A stretch of 64,000 nucleotides of DNA from an uncultured archaeon (GTDB lineage Archaea; Asgardarchaeota; Lokiarchaeia; Sigyniarchaeales; SOKP01), in the NCBI GenBank assembly GCA_964447495.1, contig CAYUTF010000004.1:13438-77437 (forward strand), written 5' to 3'. This document shows, piece by piece, positions 55,369-64,000 of this stretch (the first letter of the stretch is position 1; every line of letters begins with the position of its first letter). The notes under the pieces are model-generated. The model was not told the DNA's origin. It worked only from the letters and a program-made list of their open reading frames with translations, and did no database searches. A program made the translations under genes and the position numbers.

Positions 55369-56748
55369 TTATGAGAATTTAAAATCTTTTCCCATTTTAT
55401 TCATGAATTGGGTAACGCCCTTACCAGTTCCCGGCATTCCGGGCATACCTTTACCTTTCTTTTGTAATTGTAAAAATCGCTTCATAAATTTTTTCATTTG
55501 ATTGTACTGATCTAACATTCGATTAATTGTAGAATAATCTGAACCGCTACCAATAGCAATTCTTCTCTTTCTTGTTTTTTTAATAATTTTTGGATTCTCC
55601 TTCTCCTCTTTTGTCATAGAGTTTAAAATAATTTCCCATTTGTCTAAATTTTTTTCAGCATCATCTTTTAATGCATCGGGAATGTTACCACCACCTACCA
55701 TTGCAAGAATTTGTTTCATTTTCCCAACTTTTTTAATTGATTTGAGTTGATAGTAAAGATCATCCAAGGTAAATTTCCCTCTCATCATTCTTTTAGCCAT
55801 TTCAGGATCCATATCTACTTCAGCTTCTTGAACTTTTTTAACTAATCCTTCGATATCAGGAATACCTAATAATGACCCTACAAAAGATGTGGGATTAAAT
55901 TCATCAAATTCTTCAATTTTTTCACCTAATCCTATAAATCTAATCGATTGATTTGTAGCTGCACATGCTGAAAGGGCTCCACCCCCCTTAGCAGTTCCAT
56001 CCAATTTTGTTACAATAATACTCCCAATATTAGTTGTTTTTGCGAATTCTTCTGCCTGGGAATAAGCTAATTGACCTAAAGTGCCATCAATAACGAGAAT
56101 TACTTCATTTGGTTTTAAAGCACTTTCAATTTTTTGCATCTCAATCATTAGATCTTTCTCTTCTTTATGTCTCCCTGCAGTATCAACTAAAATAATGTCA
56201 AAACCTTCATTTATTGCTTTTTTAGTTTCCTTTACAGCGATTTTAATGGCATTTTTTTCAAGTGGATTACCATAACATTTCACTCCAATTTGATCAGTAA
56301 GCTGTACTAATTGTTCATAAGCACCAGGTCTATATGTATCAGTTGTGACTGTGGCAACTTTATAACCTTTATTCTTATAAAATCGTGCAAGTTTTGCAAT
56401 GGTGGTTGTTTTTCCCGACCCTTGAATACCAACTAACAATATCACATTACTCTTTCCTGCTTTAATTCTTATCGGAGCGGGTTTTCCACCAAGTGTTTTT
56501 ATTAGTTCGTCATGAACAAGTTTGATAATAAAATCTTTCCTTTTAGCTTTAGTAAGTTTAGTATTCATAGCATCTTTTTTTATATTTTCAGTCATTTCGA
56601 ATACTAATTCAACTTTTACGTCAGAACTCAGTAATGCTCGTTGAAGATCTTGAATTAATGCATTAATAGCATCTTTATCTACTATAGGTAATCTCCTTAC
56701 TTTTCTTATTGCTTGTTCCAAAGAACGTCCTAATTTTTCAAGAACCAT
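55369..56748 (-). CDS. srp54: Signal recognition particle protein SRP54
   Basis: N-domain, G-domain (GIQGSGKTTT, DTAGR, TKLDG) and Met-rich M-domain with a GMPGMPG tail. Confidence 0.95.
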   Translation of the reverse strand: MVLEKLGRSLEQAIRKVRRLPIVDKDAINALIQDLQRALLSSDVKVELVFEMTENIKKDAMNTKLTKAKRKDFIIKLVHDELIKTLGGKPAPIRIKAGKSNVILLVGIQGSGKTTTIAKLARFYKNKGYKVATVTTDTYRPGAYEQLVQLTDQIGVKCYGNPLEKNAIKIAVKETKKAINEGFDIILVDTAGRHKEEKDLMIEMQKIESALKPNEVILVIDGTLGQLAYSQAEEFAKTTNIGSIIVTKLDGTAKGGGALSACAATNQSIRFIGLGEKIEEFDEFNPTSFVGSLLGIPDIEGLVKKVQEAEVDMDPEMAKRMMRGKFTLDDLYYQLKSIKKVGKMKQILAMVGGGNIPDALKDDAEKNLDKWEIILNSMTKEEKENPKIIKKTRKRRIAIGSGSDYSTINRMLDQYNQMKKFMKRFLQLQKKGKGMPGMPGTGKGVTQFMNKMGKDFKFS

Positions 56749-56910
56749 GATAAAATCGATAAAGTAATTTTATTCTCTAATATTTAATATTGATAAAAAC
56801 TAATATTTTTTTTTAAATAAACATAATAATATATAAAAAAGATAAGTGAAAATTAAAAATATTGGAAAAAGAATAGATATAATAATAGAATAGAAAAAGT
56901 GATATTTTAT

Positions 56911-57339
56911 ATGAGTATTAGAAGAACTGAAATCCAGAAATTAAAAAGTGGTCAGTATATTATGGTAGATGAGGAACCATGCATAATTAAATCGACTGAA
57001 AGAAGTAAATCGGGAAAGCATGGTCATGCGAAAGTGCGAGTTGTATGTGTTGGTGTGTTTGATAATAATAAAAAATCACTCACCATACCTTCGGGACATA
57101 TGGTAGAAGTTCCGGAAATTATCAAGGGAACAGCTCAGATTAATTTCATTGATGATACGGTAATAAACGTTATGGACCTTGAGTCTTATCATTCAATGGA
57201 TGTTATTTGGCCTGTTGATGAGGATTTGGTATTAAAATTAAACGATTTAAGAGCAAATCCTGCAAAGATGTCATCAGCACAAGTTGAATATTGGCAATTA
57301 GCGGGAAAAACATTAATTAATAGAGTTATCACTAATTAA
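56911..57339 (+). CDS. eif5a: Translation initiation factor 5A (aIF5A)
   Basis: Hypusine-site loop SKSGKHGHAK and overall IF5A length. ATG at 56911 gives the family-typical N-terminus MSIRR..., so it is preferred over the GTG at 56899. Confidence 0.9.
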   Translation: MSIRRTEIQKLKSGQYIMVDEEPCIIKSTERSKSGKHGHAKVRVVCVGVFDNNKKSLTIPSGHMVEVPEIIKGTAQINFIDDTVINVMDLESYHSMDVIWPVDEDLVLKLNDLRANPAKMSSAQVEYWQLAGKTLINRVITN

Positions 57340-57440
57340 AATTCAAACATTTCATTATACTTATGTGTAAATAAATTTTCTTTAATTTTTTATGTAATAT
57401 AAATCATTATAATCAAATTTTACTAAAAATTTGGAAGCAA

Positions 57441-58367
57441 ATGGAAAAAAAAGCGATTTCATTAGCTTGTCGGATGGATTCAGAAAGGGCTATTAAATTA
57501 ACTAAGAAAATTTTTGAATTCTTAGTTAAAAAAGGAGAGATCGTTCATTTAGAAACAAGAATTTCTCCTAAAATATTTCCTCACTATGGAAAAGATCTAA
57601 ATGAGATGACTTCTAAAAATACTAAATTTATTATTTCTATTGGTGGAGATGGAACGATATTAAGAGTAGCAAATAGCTTATCTCAAGATGATCCTCCACC
57701 AATTTTAGGAGTAAATATTGGGTCTATAGGTTTCTTAGATGAATCAAATGAAAGAAATATATTTAGTGATTTAAACAGAGCTTTAAATGAAGAATTTATA
57801 ATAGAGAAATGTTCTAAAATTACTCCCTATATTATCAAGAATGATGAGGAGTATAAGTTAGACAATGCGTTAAATGAAATATTAGTGATTTCCTCAAAAA
57901 GCACTAAAGTTTTACTCATATCTGTGAAAATTGATGGAACTTTTTTGAATAGAAGTTATTTAGATGGGGTTATTGTTTCTACTTCAGTTGGTTCGACAGC
58001 CTATAACCTAAGTGCAGGAGGATCTATTGTCAAACCTTCTTTAGATATAATGCAATTAACACCATTAAACAGTTTTGCAAGATCTGGGTTAAAACCTATT
58101 ATTCTGCCCATCGATAGTGAAGTAGAGATACAAATATTAAGGCATCGTTTAGATGCAGATATTGTAATAGATGGTCAGAAATCAATAAGAAATATCTCAC
58201 CTAAAACAATTGTAAAAATTCGAAAAGCTAACTCTTATTCTAAATTTATTCGCTTTTCAAGGAATCTTAGTGATAATTATTTTAGACGCTTAAGAAAAAA
58301 AATTATAGGCACCATAAGAGTTCCCTTAGATGACAGTCCGGAAGAAGAGAGCAATTCTCATTTTTGA
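57441..58367 (+). CDS. nadK: NAD kinase
   Basis: GGDGTILR, NIGSIGFL, STSVGSTAYNLSAGG motifs. Confidence 0.85.
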   Translation: MEKKAISLACRMDSERAIKLTKKIFEFLVKKGEIVHLETRISPKIFPHYGKDLNEMTSKNTKFIISIGGDGTILRVANSLSQDDPPPILGVNIGSIGFLDESNERNIFSDLNRALNEEFIIEKCSKITPYIIKNDEEYKLDNALNEILVISSKSTKVLLISVKIDGTFLNRSYLDGVIVSTSVGSTAYNLSAGGSIVKPSLDIMQLTPLNSFARSGLKPIILPIDSEVEIQILRHRLDADIVIDGQKSIRNISPKTIVKIRKANSYSKFIRFSRNLSDNYFRRLRKKIIGTIRVPLDDSPEEESNSHF

Positions 58368-58890
58368 TACTAATATTTTCCTAATAGGAATAGATATTAA
58401 TATTTTCAAAGAAAAAATCTATACAACTCCAAGTGTCATTGATGAGATCAATGTAATAAAGTATTCTGATAAAAATAGAAACATTCTAAACAAAATTGAA
58501 GCTGCAATCGCAAATAATCATTTAATTATCAAAAATCCTAAAAAAGATTATATAAAGAGGGCATTAGAAAATTCGAAATCTACCGGAGATATAAATGCAC
58601 TTTCTAAAGCAGATCTTGATTTGATTGCATTAGCACTAGAATTAACTGAAAGTACAGATAAAGAAGTTCTATTATACTCTAATGATTATTCGATACAAAA
58701 TCTGTCTTCTGAGATGAATATTAAGTTTGCTTCACTCTTTAAAAATGGAATAAAAGATAAAAGAATATTTGAATTTTTTTGCCCTATTTGTGGAGAACGT
58801 TATGCAGTTGGAAGTATCTACAAATTTTGCGAAGTTTGTGGTTCAAAATTAAAAAGAAGACCGATAAAAATGGATAAAAATAACGTGTAA
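58330..58890 (+). CDS. nob1: Nob1-type endonuclease (PIN domain + zinc ribbon)
   Basis: PIN N-terminus ILIFDTNIFL, SKADLDLIALA and SNDYSIQN. C-terminal CPICGERY...CEVCGSKL ribbon. Confidence 0.7.
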   Translation: MTVRKKRAILIFDTNIFLIGIDINIFKEKIYTTPSVIDEINVIKYSDKNRNILNKIEAAIANNHLIIKNPKKDYIKRALENSKSTGDINALSKADLDLIALALELTESTDKEVLLYSNDYSIQNLSSEMNIKFASLFKNGIKDKRIFEFFCPICGERYAVGSIYKFCEVCGSKLKRRPIKMDKNNV

Positions 58891-58944
58891 AATATAAATG
58901 AATAATACTACACAATTATTGAATTACTAGATAAAAGGAAAAGA

Positions 58945-60000
58945 ATGGGCACTAAAATTAATGAATTAGTAAAGGATACAATAAAAACAATTTCATTTGA
59001 AAATCTACTTAATAAGGAAATTGCAATTGATGCTTTTAATACTATATATCAATTTTTAGCAATAATCAGGCAAAAAGATGGCACACCACTAAAAGATTAC
59101 AATGGAAATGTTACATCCCATTTATCTGGATTATTTTATAGAACCATTAACTTTCTTGAGCACAATATTAAACCTATCTATGTTTTTGATGGGAAACCTT
59201 CTGAATTAAAGTTAGATACCATTAAAGAAAGAAGAAAAGTAAAACAAGAAGCACAAAAAAAAATGGTTGAAGCTCAAGAAAAAGGAGACTTTGAAAAAGC
59301 AACTAGGTATGCTCAACTCACATCCTCATTGAACGAAAGTATGATTGAAGAGAGTAAAAAGTTAATAGATTATCTTGGCATCCCTGTTATTGACGCAAAT
59401 TCGGAAGGTGAAGCTCAAGCAGCATATCTAGTAAATAACGGAGATGCTTGGGCATGTGCTTCACAAGATTATGATTCCCTCCTATTTGGTGCTGAGAGGT
59501 TAATCCGTAATTTTGCGATAACAAGAACTAAAAAGTTTAAAGACACAACTACTCCTGTGGATATTGAATATATTTCTCTATCCAAATTTTTAGATACTTT
59601 AAATATTACTCGGGAACAATTAATCGAGATGGGTATTTTGATTGGTACAGATTTTTTTCCAGGAATAAAAGGTATTGGACAACACACAGCATTAGATTTA
59701 ATTAAACAATATAAATCCTTAGAGAATATGATAAAAAATAATGTAACAATTAGAAAGAAAACTATAGATATAAGTTTAGATGTTGTTGATGAGATAAAGG
59801 AAATTTTCTTAACACCAAACGTTAATAAAGATTATTTAAAATTAAAATGGAAAAAAGTAAACTATGAAAAAATTGAAGAATTGTTGATAGAGCAGCATAA
59901 TTTTTCACCCCAGAGAGTAAAAAATGCCTTAAAAGGATTAAAAAAGCAGGATCTTTCAAAAAAACAAGCTTCTATAGATGATTTCTTCAAGAAGAATTAG
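58945..60000 (+). CDS. fen1: Flap endonuclease 1
   Basis: AIDAFNTIYQF, VFDGKPSELK, SEGEAQAA, SQDYDSLLFG, GTDF..GIKGIG and a C-terminal PIP-like QASIDDFF. Confidence 0.95.
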   Translation: MGTKINELVKDTIKTISFENLLNKEIAIDAFNTIYQFLAIIRQKDGTPLKDYNGNVTSHLSGLFYRTINFLEHNIKPIYVFDGKPSELKLDTIKERRKVKQEAQKKMVEAQEKGDFEKATRYAQLTSSLNESMIEESKKLIDYLGIPVIDANSEGEAQAAYLVNNGDAWACASQDYDSLLFGAERLIRNFAITRTKKFKDTTTPVDIEYISLSKFLDTLNITREQLIEMGILIGTDFFPGIKGIGQHTALDLIKQYKSLENMIKNNVTIRKKTIDISLDVVDEIKEIFLTPNVNKDYLKLKWKKVNYEKIEELLIEQHNFSPQRVKNALKGLKKQDLSKKQASIDDFFKKN

Positions 60001-60077
60001 GTAAAAATAAGAAAAGTTTTTACAAAAATAATAATTCTATTAATTAACTAAAGTTGAGTTAATAGTGAGGAATTAAG

Positions 60078-62324
60078 ATGGACCCTAAGGATGATACAAA
60101 TAGTGATGATAAAGAAAAATTTGCTGAACAAGAATCTGAAAAAGTGACATTACGAGTTCAAAATGCGAAAAAAAGAGATATTGGAAGAAATATCATACGA
60201 ATTGATCGTCAAACTATGGAACAACTCAAAATTCAGACTGGTGATGTTATTGCTTTATTTGGAAAAAAATTAAGTGCAGGTATTGCGTGGCCAAGTTATC
60301 CGCAAGATAACGAATTAGGTATTATTCGAATTGATCCAAGAATAAGGAAAAATACGGGAACAGCTATAGATGATATGATAGAAATTAGAAAAATTAAAAC
60401 TCAATCTGCTCAAAGTATTGTTTTAGCACCATCGAGTGTGAAGATTAAAACCAATCCGAAATTTGAAACCTTTGTTAAACGCAAGTTAAATAATTATCCA
60501 GTTACTATTGATGATTACATTTATATTTCTATAGGAATTAGCAGGGAAATAACCTTTAAAGTTATTAGTATGAAACCCAATGGAATTTGCACTATTAAAC
60601 AAGAGACTATTCTTCATATTAGCGAACATATTACTGAAGATGAAGAAGGAGGGTCAGAATATGTTACCTATGAAGATGTAGGTGGTTTAGATAGAGAAAT
60701 TCAGAGAGTTAGAGAAATGGTTGAATTACCACTTAGGCATCCTTCATTATTTAAGCGTTTAGGAATTGATCCTCCAAAAGGAGTATTACTTAGAGGTCCT
60801 CCTGGATGTGGAAAGACATTATTAGCTCGTGCGGTAGCAAATGAAAGTGAGGCTCATTTTATATCAATAAATGGACCAGAAATCATGAGTAAATTCTATG
60901 GTGAATCTGAAAAAAAGCTAAGGAAATTATTCATTGAAGCAGAAGAAAAAAATCCCTCAATAATTTTTATTGATGAAATTGATGCTATTGCACCTAAGAG
61001 AGAAACTGTTACAGGAGAGGTTGAGAGAAGGGTTGTTGCTCAACTATTAGCATTAATGGACGGATTACACAGCAGGGGTAGGGTAATAGTAATTGGAGCT
61101 ACTAATAGACCAAATAGTCTTGATTCTGCCTTAAGGCGGCCTGGTAGGTTTGATCGTGAGATTGAAATTAAGGTACCAAATGAAAAAGGGCGCAAGGAAA
61201 TTTTCCAGATACACACTCGAAATATGCCTTTAGATAAAAATATTGACTTAAAACAATTCGCTAATATAACTCACGGTTTTGTCGGGGCAGATATTTCAGC
61301 AGTAGCTAGGGAAGCTGCGATGTCTGCATTAAGGCGATATCTACCAAAAATAGATTTAGAATCAGATGTTATTGATCCCGAATTATTAGATACCATAATC
61401 GTTACTCTGGAGGATTTTGAAAGTGGATTAAAAGAAGTGTTACCTTCTGGAATCAGAGAAGTCTTTGTTGAAGTTCCTAATCAAACGTGGGATAGTATAG
61501 GAGGATTAGACGATCTAAAACAAATGTTAATTGAAGCAGTAGATTGGCCACTGTCAAATCCCAAAATTTTTGAGCGTATGGGAATAAATCCTCCAAAAGG
61601 GATATTATTATATGGTCCTCCCGGTTGTGGAAAAACATTATTAGCTAGGGCAGTAGCAAATGAAAGTAAAGCTAATTTTATATCCATAAAAGGTCCAGAA
61701 CTTTTATCTAAGTATGTTGGAGAAAGTGAAAAAGCAATACGAGAAGTTTTTCGCAAAGCTAAAATGGCAGCACCGTGTATTATCTTTTTTGATGAGTTTG
61801 ATTCTATAGCACCTAGTAGAGGTCGATACACGTCTGATTCAGGAGTATCAGAAAAGGTATTATCACAATTTTTGACAGAGTTAGATGGTTTAGAGATAAA
61901 AAAAGATATTTTAGTTATTGCTGCTACTAATCGTCCTGATATTTTAGATCCTGCTTTAATTAGACCTGGAAGGATTGATCGGATTCTATTGGTTCCTCCT
62001 CCTGATGATAAAAGTAAATTTGAAATCTTAAAGATATTTACTAAAAATATGCCTTTAAGCAATGATGTCAATATTGAAGAATTAAGCAAAGAGCTTAAGG
62101 GTTATTCAGGAGCAGATATTGAAACATTGTGTCGTGAAGCTGCTATGATCGCACTGAGAGAAAACATACGAGCACGAAAAGTTACAAGTGACCATTTTAA
62201 AAAAGCTATGGAAACGATATATCCTTCAATTTCGCCCGAAATACTTAAGTGGTATCAAGAATTTGGGGCGAATCTAAAAAGTAGAATTATTGAAAAATCA
62301 AAAGAAGATCGTTTATTTGTTTGA
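60078..62324 (+). CDS. cdc48: CDC48/VCP/p97-type AAA+ ATPase
   Basis: N-domain (double-psi barrel region) plus two AAA modules, each with [18 protein letters not shown], a DEID/DEFD Walker B and second-region-of-homology motifs. Confidence 0.95.
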   Translation: MDPKDDTNSDDKEKFAEQESEKVTLRVQNAKKRDIGRNIIRIDRQTMEQLKIQTGDVIALFGKKLSAGIAWPSYPQDNELGIIRIDPRIRKNTGTAIDDMIEIRKIKTQSAQSIVLAPSSVKIKTNPKFETFVKRKLNNYPVTIDDYIYISIGISREITFKVISMKPNGICTIKQETILHISEHITEDEEGGSEYVTYEDVGGLDREIQRVREMVELPLRHPSLFKRLGIDPPKGVLLRGPPGCGKTLLARAVANESEAHFISINGPEIMSKFYGESEKKLRKLFIEAEEKNPSIIFIDEIDAIAPKRETVTGEVERRVVAQLLALMDGLHSRGRVIVIGATNRPNSLDSALRRPGRFDREIEIKVPNEKGRKEIFQIHTRNMPLDKNIDLKQFANITHGFVGADISAVAREAAMSALRRYLPKIDLESDVIDPELLDTIIVTLEDFESGLKEVLPSGIREVFVEVPNQTWDSIGGLDDLKQMLIEAVDWPLSNPKIFERMGINPPKGILLYGPPGCGKTLLARAVANESKANFISIKGPELLSKYVGESEKAIREVFRKAKMAAPCIIFFDEFDSIAPSRGRYTSDSGVSEKVLSQFLTELDGLEIKKDILVIAATNRPDILDPALIRPGRIDRILLVPPPDDKSKFEILKIFTKNMPLSNDVNIEELSKELKGYSGADIETLCREAAMIALRENIRARKVTSDHFKKAMETIYPSISPEILKWYQEFGANLKSRIIEKSKEDRLFV

Positions 62325-62429
62325 TTGGAAAAATTAATTAAAAAAGCATTATTTATAGATGTTAGGTGAATTATAATCGAATCACATCGCTGGAATCAAA
62401 AACCTGTTGTTAATTCAATCATTGATATT

Positions 62430-62648
62430 TTGATAAAAAATAAAGGAGAAATATTAGATAAAAGAATGGAGGAACTCCTTAAAAAAGAATTTCCTTTTGT
62501 AAATTCATTATACTTGGAAGAAATTTTTATGAAATTAGAATGTATGAATATAATAAATGTTTTTAGAGTATCTAAGAGCAAGAAAATGATTGTTTATAAT
62601 AAACGCAATCAAAATATTAAAGAAGACATCCTAAACGAATCAATTTAA
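62430..62648 (+). CDS. Hypothetical small protein (72 aa)
   Basis: More protein-like than the overlapping antisense ORF 62396-62581. No motif recognised. May not be real. Confidence 0.3.
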   Translation: MIKNKGEILDKRMEELLKKEFPFVNSLYLEEIFMKLECMNIINVFRVSKSKKMIVYNKRNQNIKEDILNESI

Positions 62649-64000
62649 TTTTGTATTTTTCCAAATTAAGCACATATTTGATAAAGTGTTACTTTCTGTA
62701 CTGGATTTGAAATTCCTTTTTCTCACTTTTATAAAGATAGGATAATTTACAGCATTTCCCATTAGAAGCATTTCTCCGACCCCAAGACTGGATATCATAT
62801 CAGTGTATTCTTTAGTTATGGCTTCAGAACTATCCATCAAATGTTTGAGGTCATATGGATTTTTGATATTTAGTATTAGCTTTGAATTTGATTGAGATAA
62901 TGCTGTTGTACTTAATTTTTTTGGTCTTTGACTGATCAAGCAGAGACAAGCCATGAATTTTCTGCCTTCTCTAGCGATTGTTTCTATAATACTTTTTGAT
63001 AGCGCTTTAGATTGAGCTGCTTCAGGACAAAATTGATGAGCCTCTTCTATAATTAGCAAGAAAGGAGGGATTTGCTGCATTCTTCTTAAATAAAATAAAC
63101 GATTACAGATGTAATCGACTAAAATTTGTTTTTTCCGTATTGAAATTTCATTTTCAAGGTTAAAAATTAATAAGTCTCCTTGTTTTACAATTTCATTTAT
63201 GATCGGGTTTTCTTGAGGTCCAAAAATAGTCAATCTGTCTAATTCAGATAACCAACCTACTAAAGCTTGTTTTGTTGATTTGTTGCCATCATTTTCATTT
63301 TCTATAACTTCTATTAAATCTTTTAATCCATAATAATTCTTTTTATCTTTTTTTTCTCGTAATTTCTTAATAAGTTTTGCCAATTCCCTAATCTGGACAT
63401 GAGATATTTGTTCTTGGTATTTTCTAAATGAATAAGCGCTCATTTGAGGGACAGAAACTTGAAAATAAGAAATATCAATTACTTTCACTTTATTTTTAAT
63501 TTGAGGGACATTCTTCAAATAAGTATACTCACCATGCACATCTATTAGCACTATAGCAGGATTTCCATGAGCCTTATCCCTATTAAGTAATTCTTCAATA
63601 ATTATCGATGTCAAATAGCTTTTACCTCCTCCAGAAATCGAAAGGATTGAAAAATGTTTATTTAATAAGCGGTCCATATTTATTGATGCATCAATTTTAG
63701 TTGAACTTAATTTTCCTAAATTTAAACCCTTTTCGTGATCTAAACCAATGAAATTGATAAGAGTATTATCATCGACAAGGTAAACTTCCTTTCCAGGGCT
63801 TGCAGGATAAGTCATCCTTGATATTTTATTAATTTCATGATCAGAAGCGTCGTTAAACTCAATGATTCCTAAATTTCTTACGATAGCTATAGCATATTCA
63901 AAATCATCACTAGGAAAAAGCCCCTTAAGGATATTGGGATTGTCATTATTATTATATGCTTTTATGGTTAAGGCATCTGAAAAATATTCGTTTAATAAAA
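62640..64000 (-). CDS. herA: HerA-like (DUF87/FtsK-HerA superfamily) ATPase; N-terminus lies outside the window
   Basis: The reading frame stays open upstream of the listed ATG at 63815 all the way to base 64000 (…LTIKAYNNNDNPNILKGLFPSDDFEYAIAIVRNLGIIEFNDASDHEINKISRM…). Walker A SISGGGKS, Walker B LLIIEEAHQF, and the CLISQRP and NYPIFIKVR segments are typical of HerA. Confidence 0.75.
   Translation of the reverse strand, partial: LLNEYFSDALTIKAYNNNDNPNILKGLFPSDDFEYAIAIVRNLGIIEFNDASDHEINKISRMTYPASPGKEVYLVDDNTLINFIGLDHEKGLNLGKLSSTKIDASINMDRLLNKHFSILSISGGGKSYLTSIIIEELLNRDKAHGNPAIVLIDVHGEYTYLKNVPQIKNKVKVIDISYFQVSVPQMSAYSFRKYQEQISHVQIRELAKLIKKLREKKDKKNYYGLKDLIEVIENENDGNKSTKQALVGWLSELDRLTIFGPQENPIINEIVKQGDLLIFNLENEISIRKKQILVDYICNRLFYLRRMQQIPPFLLIIEEAHQFCPEAAQSKALSKSIIETIAREGRKFMACLCLISQRPKKLSTTALSQSNSKLILNIKNPYDLKHLMDSSEAITKEYTDMISSLGVGEMLLMGNAVNYPIFIKVRKRNFKSSTESNTLSNMCLIWKNTKLN

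Noticed and set aside
55301-55501. 66-aa plus-strand ORF spanning the trmY-like/srp54 junction.
   Set aside because: It is antisense to the Met/Gly/Pro-rich SRP54 C-terminus, and its translation (PLPVPGIPGIPLP) simply mirrors that repeat.
61481-62089. 202-aa minus-strand ORF antisense to cdc48.
   Set aside because: It lies entirely within the second AAA module of a highly conserved Cdc48 gene. Its length is explained by the absence of stop codons in the complementary frame of that region.
62396-62581. 61-aa minus-strand ORF downstream of the HerA-like gene, considered as a possible small partner protein.
   Set aside because: It overlaps the more protein-like plus-strand ORF 62430-62648. Its sequence is hydrophobic and low-complexity, and it is far too small to be NurA.

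Overview
Strongly AT-rich archaeal chromosomal segment, densely coded, with no transposase, integrase or CRISPR array visible. It is almost certainly from an Asgard (Lokiarchaeia/Promethearchaeia-type) archaeon. A eukaryote-like actin ending in HRCF (20459-21604) sits among archaeal informational genes: RpoK, aIF5A, SRP54, Hef, FEN1, Dpo4, Nob1, Cdc48 and tRNA-Val. Other eukaryotic-signature-type genes are also present: a Rab-like small GTPase, a Roadblock/LC7 protein and an SDS22-type LRR protein.

Layout:
- 1-9154: redox gene cluster with two tandem hdrA-mvhD modules plus AsrA/AsrB-like (Flx-like) and FrhB-like subunits. No hdrBC is in the window.
- 9184-19230: an orphan gene divergent from a tight three-gene operon encoding a 1490-aa Dna2-like Fe-S nuclease/SF1B helicase, Mre11 and Rad50.
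- 19.4-28.3 kb: actin, LRR protein, GNAT, RpoK, tRNA-Val, Hef and the small GTPase.
- 28-46 kb: housekeeping and metabolic genes (UXS, TldD/PmbA, purB, purM-like, PfkB kinase, CPBP protease, Roadblock, Zn-ADH, nadC, aldolase/isomerase, Dpo4, HAL2-type nucleotidase).
- 46.5-56.7 kb: long minus-strand run with two unusual fusion enzymes, SCP2, FGGY kinase, AMMECR1, dihydroorotase-like, TrmY-like and SRP54.
- 56.9-64 kb: aIF5A, NAD kinase, Nob1, FEN1, Cdc48 and a HerA-like ATPase that runs off the window end.

The best candidate for a new system is the Dna2-like/Mre11/Rad50 operon. It looks like a eukaryote-style end-resection module replacing the usual archaeal HerA-NurA partners. It also has a 13-bp perfect inverted repeat covering the start codons of the operon and of its divergent orphan neighbour.

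All calls rest on by-eye motif recognition. No database search was run.
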